64,000 nt of DNA from an uncultured Bacteroidota bacterium (GTDB taxonomy: Bacteria; Bacteroidota; Ignavibacteria; Ignavibacteriales; Ignavibacteriaceae), in NCBI GenBank assembly GCA_963787005.1, contig CAWBBX010000101.1:12835-76834 (forward strand), in the 5' to 3' direction. The position numbers and the translations under genes are program-made. Shown in pieces: positions 29,730 to 38,173 of the stretch; positions within the stretch are counted from its first letter, which is position 1, and each line of letters begins with the position of its first letter. The notes under the pieces were generated by a model. The model searched no databases and was not told the origin of the DNA. It saw nothing but the letters and a program-made list of their open reading frames with translations.

Positions 29730-31163
29730 TTAATCTATTTTTATCGCGGGAAAACTAACGATAAACTTAGTACCGACAGGGAAATTATCTTCAACATTTA
29801 TAGTACCCTCCATAGAAAGAACAATTGTTTTAACCAGGCATAATCCCAGCCCATAACCGGGGATGTTTCCTTCTAAAGAAGATGCGGAACGGTAAAACCG
29901 TTCGAATATTTTTTCTTTCTCTTCATCATTAATACCGGGACCGGTGTCGGCCACGCTAATAATTATTTTCCCGTCTGTATTTTCGGCTTTAACAATTACC
30001 GGGCTTTCTTGATTCGAATATTTTATCGCGTTATCGATTAAGTTTTCCATTATTATTTGAATGCCTTCATAACTTCCGCGTAAATAAAGATTATCGGCAA
30101 TATCGTATTCTATATTCGGATTGCTAAAAGCCGGCTTAACGAAATCGGCAACTACCTTAGAAACCTTAAATACATTCGTATTCAATTCAGGTGCGCCGCT
30201 GTATTTTGCAATTATCAGAAGAGATTTAATTATGCTGATCATCTTATCCGCCTGTACGTTCAGCATATTTATAGTACCTTTATATTCTTCTAGAGTTCTA
30301 TCTCTTTTCAAAATATATTCAAGTTCGGTTTTTACAGCAGTAAGCGGCGTCATTAATTGATGTGAGGCATTATCGGTAAACTGCGATATTTGACTTATTT
30401 GGGCATCAAGCCGTGTAAACAAATTGTTCAGTGTATCCCTTAATCTCCCCAATTCATCCTGGGGATGGGCGTTGTACTTTATCCTTGTATTTAGATTATT
30501 AGCGGATATATTTTCAGCAATGCTTATAATTTTATTTAAAGGCGAATAACTTTTTTTTGCCAGAAAAACACTGACAAGAACAATTATAAGAAGTATAAAC
30601 GGAAGGTTAAGAAGATTAAATAAAATTATCTTTTTCATTATTGAGCTGTATTCTGTCCTGAATACTGAGAGCTGTAGGTAAGCTGCCGTGCTATTTTGTT
30701 CGTTTAGTATCGGAGTATAAATAACTCTAAGCTGGTGATTGCCGGTTGTCATGTTTTCATATTCATATCCCGATTTTATGCCCGGAACTTTAAACGGAAT
30801 TTTCCCGAATGATTTCAAATTATCGCTGCTTAAAAGCAATTTACCTTTTGTGCTTTGCACTTGGAGAAAAAACGCCCAGGAATTTACGGTTGTAAAATCA
30901 GGTTCTTTTATTTCACTGTAACCCACAAACTTTATAGAGTCCTCTCGGATTTCAAATGAGTCAAGGAGGGTTTTTACCTCATTTTCCAATCTATTATCAA
31001 GGTTATCGGTTAAGATTTTATTTGTTATTGCAATTGTAAAAACATTTGAGGTTACAAACAGCAGAAAGAATATTGCAATATCCCACAATACAATTCTCTT
31101 TACCGTTTCCGTAAAAAGAGGTTTCTTGTTTTTATTCCGAAATAAAAAAATAGCCTTCGCCAT
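29730..31163 (-). CDS. two-component sensor histidine kinase
   Basis: Two TM segments, a HAMP-like linker, H-box FTDNASHQLMTPLT, N-box NLIDNAIKY, G-boxes DTGPGI and GYGLGL. Its 5' end overlaps the regulator gene by 32 nt. Confidence 0.85.
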   Translation of the reverse strand: MAKAIFLFRNKNKKPLFTETVKRIVLWDIAIFFLLFVTSNVFTIAITNKILTDNLDNRLENEVKTLLDSFEIREDSIKFVGYSEIKEPDFTTVNSWAFFLQVQSTKGKLLLSSDNLKSFGKIPFKVPGIKSGYEYENMTTGNHQLRVIYTPILNEQNSTAAYLQLSVFRTEYSSIMKKIILFNLLNLPFILLIIVLVSVFLAKKSYSPLNKIISIAENISANNLNTRIKYNAHPQDELGRLRDTLNNLFTRLDAQISQISQFTDNASHQLMTPLTAVKTELEYILKRDRTLEEYKGTINMLNVQADKMISIIKSLLIIAKYSGAPELNTNVFKVSKVVADFVKPAFSNPNIEYDIADNLYLRGSYEGIQIIMENLIDNAIKYSNQESPVIVKAENTDGKIIISVADTGPGINDEEKEKIFERFYRSASSLEGNIPGYGLGLCLVKTIVLSMEGTINVEDNFPVGTKFIVSFPAIKID

Positions 31164-31800
31164 AAATAGACTTTATTAAATTTTCCCCGGTATTGTCTTC
31201 CAGTTTTTTCCTTAAATTCTTAACAGTGACCTCTATAATATTTGTCGACGGAATAAACGGAAGTTCCCAAACTTGTTTAGATATATCTTCCTTGCTCATT
31301 ATAGAGCCTTTATGTAAAATAAAATATTTGAGGAGATCAAATTCCTTTCCCGTAAGACAAATTTCACCGCGGGGTGTATTTGCTTTTCTTCCGATAAGGT
31401 CAAGAGTAATATCGTTATAAATTAGTTCGGTGGTTCCTGATTGATACCTTCTTATTACTGCGTTTATCCGCGCGTTCAGCTCGTCGAAAGAAAATGGTTT
31501 TGTTACATAATCATCCGCTCCCATGTTTAAAGCTTCAACTTTGTTTTTCACCTGGCTCAACGCGGTCAGCAGTATTATCGGCACCTTACAGCCCGCTTCC
31601 CTTATTTTACGGCATACTTCTATACCGCTTAATTTCGGCATTCGCCAATCAAGAAGAATTATATCGAAGACAATTGAATCCGTAAAATTGATTGCCTCTT
31701 CGCCGTCTTTTGCGATCATTACATGATTGCCTTCCTCTATAAAATTCTTCTTCAGAGAACTTGCAATCTGCTCATCATCTTCTGCTATTAATATTTCCAT
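31132..31800 (-). CDS. OmpR-family response regulator
   Basis: Receiver (ILIAEDD...DWRMPKLSG...K) plus a winged-helix output (LTGKEFDLLKYF...GEGYF). Confidence 0.9.
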   Translation of the reverse strand: MEILIAEDDEQIASSLKKNFIEEGNHVMIAKDGEEAINFTDSIVFDIILLDWRMPKLSGIEVCRKIREAGCKVPIILLTALSQVKNKVEALNMGADDYVTKPFSFDELNARINAVIRRYQSGTTELIYNDITLDLIGRKANTPRGEICLTGKEFDLLKYFILHKGSIMSKEDISKQVWELPFIPSTNIIEVTVKNLRKKLEDNTGENLIKSIYGEGYFFISE

Positions 31801-31960
31801 TGTTAGGAGATTTTTTCTCCTAATAAATAATGAAATATTTCCGTCATAACAAGGCGCAGCTAAAAAGTGAATGGTTTTTCATTATTGTTAATTATTCTCT
31901 CAAATAATACTTACATAGATTTGAATTGTAAAAATATTGAATTAAAAATTTGGTGCTATC

Positions 31961-33379
31961 ATGAAAAAAACAAATTACTTTATATCTTTTTTAAGTATGA
32001 TCTGCTTTTTGTTAATACAAAATTACGGTTTTGCCCAGACTTGTAAATCATGCCACACGGCCGAAGCTAATTTATGGGCAAACAGCAAGCATGCGGACAC
32101 TCAAGCCGATGTCGCATCGGAGCTCTCCGAAAACTGGATTGGCCAAACGCCGGATTCGGTTATTAACGGCTCCCAGGCGGAAGACTGCGTTTCCTGTCAT
32201 TCGCCGAGAGCAATTACCGCCAACAGCGGTATGACCGAAACTCAAGCCATGGGCTATTTCTATTCAACAACAGCCGGACAATATACCGATTCTACAAAAG
32301 CGATCAACACTTCCGACTGGCCCAATGTTACATGTAAAACCTGCCACGAAAGTGATATGACAACTTTCGGCGCTTTCAATTCTAAAACAGGAACTTATGA
32401 TTCAGTTAAGACTGCTAATGATTTATGCGGAAACTGCCACGGAACCGTCCGTCATCCCGATACCGATCACCGTGTTTATGATGCATGGCTGTCGAGTAAA
32501 CACGGGCACAAAGGTCAATCCGATGTTGCCGGCGAACTGGCTGATAGTCATAACGGCGAAACACCCGACCAGGTAATTGCCGGCGAAGATTGTATAGCGT
32601 GCCACGCCCCGACTTCGGTTACCCTCAAAGGCGGAATAACAGAAGCTCAGGCTTTGGGAACTTTTTTCACGACTTCAAACGGGACTTTTACCTCGTCTAC
32701 TTCACCGGCCGATACCGTCGATTATCCGAACGTAAGCTGTATTACTTGCCATAATCCGCACGATCCGGATACGCTTTCATTCTTCAATTCATCCACAAAA
32801 TCCTACGAGGTGATGAGTTCTTCGGATTCATTATGCGGCCAGTGCCACGGCAATTTACGCTTCCCCGATACCGATCACTTAAGCTATAATATTAATTCAG
32901 GTACCGGCGGGGAGAATGTTTCAAATATAACTTCGATGAGCGGCGTTAAATGCATAGACTGTCACATGTACAACACGGGTATTGACGGCTCGAATTCTGC
33001 GATGTACAAGGGGCACACCTGGTCGGTGTTCGTTAAAGAGCCCGACGGCAGCACCGACGCATCTTGTACTAATTGCCATGCGTCAATGTCTGCCGACTCT
33101 TCGATGGCCTGCGTAGCAAAATGGCAAAGTGATTTTCAATCACTAGATTCGGTTGCCGAAGCCGCGGTAACGGCTGCAGCTAGTCATCTAAAGAACAGCA
33201 GCGATTCAAGCAACTTTGAAGAGGCTCAATTTAATATGACCTACGCGGAATCGGATGAAAGCGGCGGTGTTCATAATCATCTTTACAGCACCGCTTTGCT
33301 TAATGACGCAATTAATAAAGCAACATTCGATAGTTACGGGAATTGCTTCCGATCATTTCAACAAACCTTTAAGTTTTAA
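31961..33379 (+). CDS. secreted nine-haem c-type cytochrome (frame ends prematurely)
   Basis: Signal peptide and nine CXXCH motifs: CKSCH, CVSCH, CKTCH, CGNCH, CIACH, CITCH, CGQCH, CIDCH, CTNCH. A three-haem module is internally duplicated. Confidence 0.85.
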   Translation: MKKTNYFISFLSMICFLLIQNYGFAQTCKSCHTAEANLWANSKHADTQADVASELSENWIGQTPDSVINGSQAEDCVSCHSPRAITANSGMTETQAMGYFYSTTAGQYTDSTKAINTSDWPNVTCKTCHESDMTTFGAFNSKTGTYDSVKTANDLCGNCHGTVRHPDTDHRVYDAWLSSKHGHKGQSDVAGELADSHNGETPDQVIAGEDCIACHAPTSVTLKGGITEAQALGTFFTTSNGTFTSSTSPADTVDYPNVSCITCHNPHDPDTLSFFNSSTKSYEVMSSSDSLCGQCHGNLRFPDTDHLSYNINSGTGGENVSNITSMSGVKCIDCHMYNTGIDGSNSAMYKGHTWSVFVKEPDGSTDASCTNCHASMSADSSMACVAKWQSDFQSLDSVAEAAVTAAASHLKNSSDSSNFEEAQFNMTYAESDESGGVHNHLYSTALLNDAINKATFDSYGNCFRSFQQTFKF

Positions 33380-33644
33380 TTTATCTCAAAATTATCCCAA
33401 TCCTTTTAATCCAAGTACAAAAATAAATTTCACAATTCCGCACAGCGGTTACGTAACCTTAAAAGTATACGACATGCTGGGGAAAGAAGTGGCTGTTCTG
33501 GTAAACGGATATAAAAACGAAGGTAATTTTTCGGCGGCTTTTAACGAGAACACTACATCGAAAAGCCTGTCAAGCGGGATATACATTTACCAGTTAAAGG
33601 AAGATAACTTTATTCAGACTAGAAAGATGGTGCTGCTTAAATAA
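33330..33644 (+). other. T9SS type-A C-terminal sorting domain coding segment, out of frame with the cytochrome
   Basis: A different frame reads ...FNLSQNYPNPFNPSTKINFTIPHSGYVTLKVYDMLGKEVAVLVNG...SSGIYIYQLKEDNFIQTRKMVLLK*. This is the classic Por/T9SS tail. It has no credible start of its own. Confidence 0.75.
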
Positions 33645-33668
33645 AAATTTAATGATATAAATTATTTA

Positions 33669-33690
33669 GGGGATGGCGGGTGCCATCCCC
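33669..33690. terminator. hairpin between convergent genes
   Basis: GGGGATGGC-GGGT-GCCATCCCC lies between the cytochrome/T9SS tail (+) and the TonB-C gene (-). Confidence 0.5.
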
Positions 33691-33704
33691 GGAAGTTAAA
33701 ATTA

Positions 33705-34405
33705 TTATTGTAGCCTGAATATTATCGGTATAGAAACCTGCGTCTTTACTGCTTTACCACGCTGTCTGCCGGGTGTAAAAACCGTTTCTTCAACCGCTTT
33801 CATCGCAGCTTGATCGCATCCGCCGCCAATACCTTTTAAAACTCTAGCCTTTACAACCTTCCCTTCTTCATTAATAAAAGCAAGGACATATACTTTTCCT
33901 TCTATTCCGGCCCTTTTCGCAATTTCAGGATAAACAACTTTATCCTGTATAGCTTTAATACCGCCTATCGGCTCGGGCATATCCTCTACGGCGACAAAAT
34001 AAGTTGATTGCGGAATGTTGCTCGGCTAGAGAGCTGTCTGGTCCAAGGATCATATTGGATGACTCACCTTTGCTTTTAAACGAATAGCGGGCCTTAAATT
34101 TAACCGGCTTTCCGTTTTTCATGGCGGGCTTAATTTTCCACTTCTCCAGCATATTCTACAATATCGTTATCTGTTGAATCGTTAACGGAATTGATAATTA
34201 TTATTTTATCGATTTTGCCTTCTTTATTTATTAAGAGCCTGGAATCGAATTCCGGAGAAAAATTTTGGGGACTGTAGGCTTTTGATATTATCCTTCCAAT
34301 ATCTTTCACCCACGTAGAATCGAAGAGCATTCGCTCTACGAAACCAATAGGCGGATTATCTACTTCTCCGAGAGTTAAATAACTCGTCGTCGGAAATTTT
34401 TTCAA
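33705..34405 (-). pseudogene. protein with two TonB C-terminal-like domains, split over three frames
   Basis: Three ORFs (34130-34405, 33955-34152, 33705-33980) read through as one protein. Junction 1 is ...DNDIVEY / (N)MLEKWKIKPAMKNGKPVKF. The last domain's frame is open upstream of its Met (PSNIPQSTYFVAVEDMPEPIGGIKAIQ...). Confidence 0.55.
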
Positions 34406-34485
34406 CTTTTATTTCTTTACTCTCACATGCCGAAAGTATGCGAGCAGCATCAACAATATTATTGGGTACACGTTTCATTTTATCC

Positions 34486-34944
34486 TCACATTTTTGCTTT
34501 TATAATTACTGCATTTTTTATTTTTGCGTCCACCTGCGCGGCGGGCAGACTGTTGAACAGCAGCTCGATTGTCTGGTTCTGCGCCTGAACCTGCCTTGTA
34601 ACAGAATCTATCTGGTATTTATAATCGGTAATTCTATTGAAGAGAATTACGCTTAGAATTATTAATAGAATTGTAACTGCATACGAGACAGGGACAAAAA
34701 ATCTCTTAAACAATTTTGTTCTTGTTCCGCTTTCCTTTCTATTTATCGCGCCGAAGATACGCTCTTCCAGATCAGCAGGGAATTCTTCTTTCTGAATGGC
34801 GGAAGTAATTAACGATAAAGATTTAAAATACTCCCTGCACTCGGCGCATTCTGCGAGATGCGTGAATACATATGCCTCGCTTCCCTTCTCGAGCTCGCCG
34901 TCGTAATACTCCCCTATCATCTCTTTATTTTTATCGCAGCTCAT
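34486..34944 (-). CDS. anti-sigma factor (zf-HC2 type, single TM)
   Basis: HLAECAECREYF zinc-finger motif and one TM segment. It lies directly downstream of the ECF sigma gene. Confidence 0.75.
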   Translation of the reverse strand: MSCDKNKEMIGEYYDGELEKGSEAYVFTHLAECAECREYFKSLSLITSAIQKEEFPADLEERIFGAINRKESGTRTKLFKRFFVPVSYAVTILLIILSVILFNRITDYKYQIDSVTRQVQAQNQTIELLFNSLPAAQVDAKIKNAVIIKAKM

Positions 34945-34949
34945 TTTAT

Positions 34950-35465
34950 TTACCTCACAAGTTTTGATATCTTTTCCGTCAGCGCCTGCCTGGCCCTGAA
35001 CAGTCTGCCTTTAACCTGACTTTCCTCAATGTTCAATATGTTCGCAATCTCTTTGTAGCTGAGTTCCGAATACTGCCTGAGAATAAAAGCTTCCTTTAGA
35101 TCCTCTCTCAACTCCGCTATGCCGTTTTGTATAAGCTCCTTTATTTCGGCGCCTTCAATCTCGCCGGCAAGATCTTCGCCCGACCTATATTCCGCATCTT
35201 CCTTTATCCCGTCTTCTTTCCTTACCCTTTTCTTGCGAAGGTGCATATAAACTTCGTTCCTCGCCGTTGTATAAAGCCAGGGTATTACGCTCTGCGACTG
35301 CCGGATGTTCCCGAGATTTTCGTACAGCTTTAAGAACACGTTCTGTGTTATATCTTCCGCAATAAACTTTTCGCTCAGCATTTTATATACATAGTTATAA
35401 AGCTGGGTTTTGCTCCGGTTATATACCAGCGTAAAGTCTATTATATTTGAAAAGCTTTCGGCCAA
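34950..35465 (-). CDS. ECF-type RNA polymerase sigma factor
   Basis: Region 2 (DITQNVFLKLY...WLYTTARN) and region 4 (LSYKEIANILNIEESQVKGRLFRARQAL). Confidence 0.88.
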   Translation of the reverse strand: MAESFSNIIDFTLVYNRSKTQLYNYVYKMLSEKFIAEDITQNVFLKLYENLGNIRQSQSVIPWLYTTARNEVYMHLRKKRVRKEDGIKEDAEYRSGEDLAGEIEGAEIKELIQNGIAELREDLKEAFILRQYSELSYKEIANILNIEESQVKGRLFRARQALTEKISKLVR

Positions 35466-35474
35466 AGGCTTTCC

Positions 35475-36170
35475 TTAATTGGATTTTGCAGCTTTTTGAA
35501 AATGATTCTTCTCCACTAGCGCATTAATCCTGTCCATAGCATAGCTGACCAGTTTCTTATCCTTATCTTTTCCGAGAGTTAAATATTTCTGATAATATTT
35601 TATAGCGATAGTTTTATCCTTGTAATAATGATCGTATACCGCGGCAATGTAGAAGATCAGTTTTTTATTATCGGGATTTTCCCTGAACGCGTCCTGGTAA
35701 TATTTAAGAGCTTCGGAATAATTTTTCTGCGCATAATACGAAGCCGCTATCTGTGTACGCACCTCCGCAAGAAAATCGTTCTGCTGAAGCTTTGCCGATA
35801 TCGAAAGCTCTTTGATCGCATCGTCGTACCGCTTGAGCTCTTTATAGCACATTCCCAGATAATAATACGCCGCCGGATCGCTATCCATTAATTTGATAGC
35901 ATGCTTTAAATAAAAAACCGCGGTATCGTATTCAGTAAGCCAGAAATGCGATACACCCATATTCCTGAAATTCACTTCGGTCGAGTCCCCGTAATCTATG
36001 GAATTCTGAAAAGCCGTTACAGCGCCTTCATAATCCTTCAGCTTAAAGTTTATATTGCCTTTCAATGTCCACATTGAAGATGAACTCGGATAATACTTAA
36101 GTCCGTCGTTTATAATTCTGGTTGCGGAAATATATTGTTCTTTCGACATATAAAGTCTGCTCAGTTCCAT
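35475..36170 (-). CDS. TPR-repeat protein
   Basis: 231 aa of TPR repeats with no signal peptide. Its frame stays open upstream of the Met into the end of the preceding ORF. Confidence 0.65.
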   Translation of the reverse strand: MELSRLYMSKEQYISATRIINDGLKYYPSSSSMWTLKGNINFKLKDYEGAVTAFQNSIDYGDSTEVNFRNMGVSHFWLTEYDTAVFYLKHAIKLMDSDPAAYYYLGMCYKELKRYDDAIKELSISAKLQQNDFLAEVRTQIAASYYAQKNYSEALKYYQDAFRENPDNKKLIFYIAAVYDHYYKDKTIAIKYYQKYLTLGKDKDKKLVSYAMDRINALVEKNHFQKAAKSN

Positions 36171-36184
36171 TACCGTACTTTCAT

Positions 36185-36772
36185 TTAAGAGGATTGAGCT
36201 CTGTGTGCTATTTGAAAATCAATAATCGCGTCGTCGATGTCCTTCAAAATAAATTCGCAGTGCGCCTGCTGCTCGTAATAAAAGCTATTCGTAGAATCCT
36301 GCTCCGCAAGAGTTCTGTAAGTATCATCGGCGTCTATCCACTTATGCTCGCGCATATAGACTTCGCCGAGAGACCGGAGCAGCAGTGTATTTGTAGAATC
36401 GATTACATATGCGTATCTAAGGACAGAATCGGCGTCACTGAGCCTCCCCGAGGATAAAAAGCTTCGGCCGAGAAGAATTTGTAATTTCAGCTTCCCCGGT
36501 TTTAATTTTACGGCTTTTTCAAAAAAGTCGGAAGCCTTTGTAAAATTTGAAAGGGATTGATAATTCAGGCCGAGATTGTATATAACCTCGTAATTATCCG
36601 GATCATCCGCCAACAATTTTTGAAGGATAGAAATTGATTGATGGTAATTCCCTTCCATCATCAGCATTCTGACTTTATTCAGCTCATCCTCCTTGCCGCT
36701 CTGTGCCGCGGTAAATGCAGGAATAATGATGAACAGAATAAGCAGAAAATAAATTCGTTTTGTTTTATGCAT
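36185..36772 (-). CDS. secreted TPR-repeat protein
   Basis: Signal peptide MHKTKRIYFLLILFIIIPAFTAAQS, then TPR repeats. It ends 14 nt before the next TPR ORF. Confidence 0.65.
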   Translation of the reverse strand: MHKTKRIYFLLILFIIIPAFTAAQSGKEDELNKVRMLMMEGNYHQSISILQKLLADDPDNYEVIYNLGLNYQSLSNFTKASDFFEKAVKLKPGKLKLQILLGRSFLSSGRLSDADSVLRYAYVIDSTNTLLLRSLGEVYMREHKWIDADDTYRTLAEQDSTNSFYYEQQAHCEFILKDIDDAIIDFQIAHRAQSS

Positions 36773-37503
36773 TATATTACCCGGTTTTCCCCGAAAAATG
36801 GGCTTCTATATGTAAAGATGATCGAACGGCGGAAAAGTTTGGGTGGAATGATATTTTTTTTGTGGAGACGCGCCATGGCGCGTCTCTACTACATAATTGC
36901 CGGAAGCATAAAATGTAGGGCGAAGCTCATCGCATCGCCCTACAAAACAAAAACCTTCGGGGTTACTTATAAATCCCGATGGTTGCATAAAAATCGTAGG
37001 GACAACTCATGAGTTGTCCCTACATCGTATTAATATTACCTGAGTAACCTTGAAGGTCTTGAAAAGCGACCTTCAAGGTTTAAATCTATTTTAATATTAG
37101 AAATGAAACTGCACCAGGAACATTTCGTTTTTAACCGAAGAAGAGAAAAGTTTGAAAGAAATGATATTTTTTTGTAGAGACGACCCGGAAAAATGAGACA
37201 CCCCACCGGGGCGTCTCTACGAAAATTTGTTGGTATCATTTAAAGATAAACCATCGGGGTTACCTTCAAAACCCCGATGGTTGCATAAAAATCGTAGGGA
37301 CAACTCATGAGTTGTCCCTACATCGTATTAATAATTATACTCGAGAAACCTTGAAGGTCTTAAAAAGCGACCTTCAAGGTTGAAATAATTTTAATAATAG
37401 AAATGAAACTGCAAGAGGAACATTTTCGTTTTGAACCGAAGAAGATTTTATTCTCAGCTTATTAAACAAATTTCGCTTGCTTTTTGTTTGTAACTGAGGG
37501 ATA

Positions 37504-37626
37504 TCAGTGATTAAGAGACGTATTTAGAATATTTTCCTTATAATTACTCGAAGAGACTATATCCTTACTGCAACCATTTAAAAATATTAAATATATGATT
37601 ATTGTATATAGATATGTTTTTTTCAT
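37504..37626 (-). CDS. possible 40-aa lipoprotein-like small ORF in the unique insert of the array
   Basis: MKKTYLYTIIIYLIFLNGCSKDIVSSSNYKENILNTSLNH*. It has a lipobox-like LNGC, and GGGGGAATAATT precedes the ATG. It is short and could be an N-terminal gene remnant. Confidence 0.25.
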   Translation of the reverse strand: MKKTYLYTIIIYLIFLNGCSKDIVSSSNYKENILNTSLNH

Positions 37627-38138
37627 AATTATTCCCCCATATTTAATATTAATCATCTATGTGATTAATCATTGTTAATATCTTTTATTAACTAAGCAAG
37701 ACTATATAATTAAAGATGTTTTTGACTTAGAAAAGTTTGAGAGGAATGATATTTTTTGTAGAGACGGGGCAACATGTCCCAATGCTTCGGGATGCCCGTT
37801 TCTGCATCGAAATGCTATGAAAAATGAGACACCCCACCGGGGCGTCTCTACGAAAATTTGTTGGTATCATTTAAAGATAAACCATCGGGGGTTACCTTCA
37901 AAACCCCGATGGTTGCATAAAAATCGTAGGGACAACTCATGAGTTGTCCCTACATCGTATTAATATTACTCGAGTAACCTTGAAGGTCTTAAAAAGCGAC
38001 CTTCAAGGTTGAAATAATTTTAATAATAGAAATGAAACTGCAAGAGGAACTTTTCGTTTTGAACCGAAGAAGAGAAAAGTTTGAGAGGAAGAAGATTTTT
38101 TGTAGAGACGACCCGGCGGGTCGTCTAAATGCACATAC

Positions 38139-38173
38139 AAAAAAAATGAGACGCCTCACCGAGGCGTCTCTAC
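38139..38173 (-). terminator. Rho-independent terminator-like module inside array unit 4
   Basis: On the minus strand: GAGACGCC-loop-GGCGTCTC followed by ATTTTTTTT. Weaker equivalents (shorter T runs) occur in units 2 and 3. Confidence 0.5.

Noticed and set aside
33955-34405. Treating 34130-34405 and 33955-34152 as independent small genes.
   Set aside because: Read together across 1-nt frame shifts, they reconstruct a single TonB-C-like domain (...DNDIVEY/MLEKWKIKPAMKNGKPVKF...). They are better explained as fragments of one disrupted gene.
34406-34478. A possible further upstream start for the TonB-C gene (ATG at 34478, MKRVPNNIVDAARILSAC...). This would imply a third frameshift in an A-run.
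   Set aside because: The putative signal/lipobox region contains charged residues in its h-region. A TTG start at 34405 is an adequate alternative. The evidence is insufficient.
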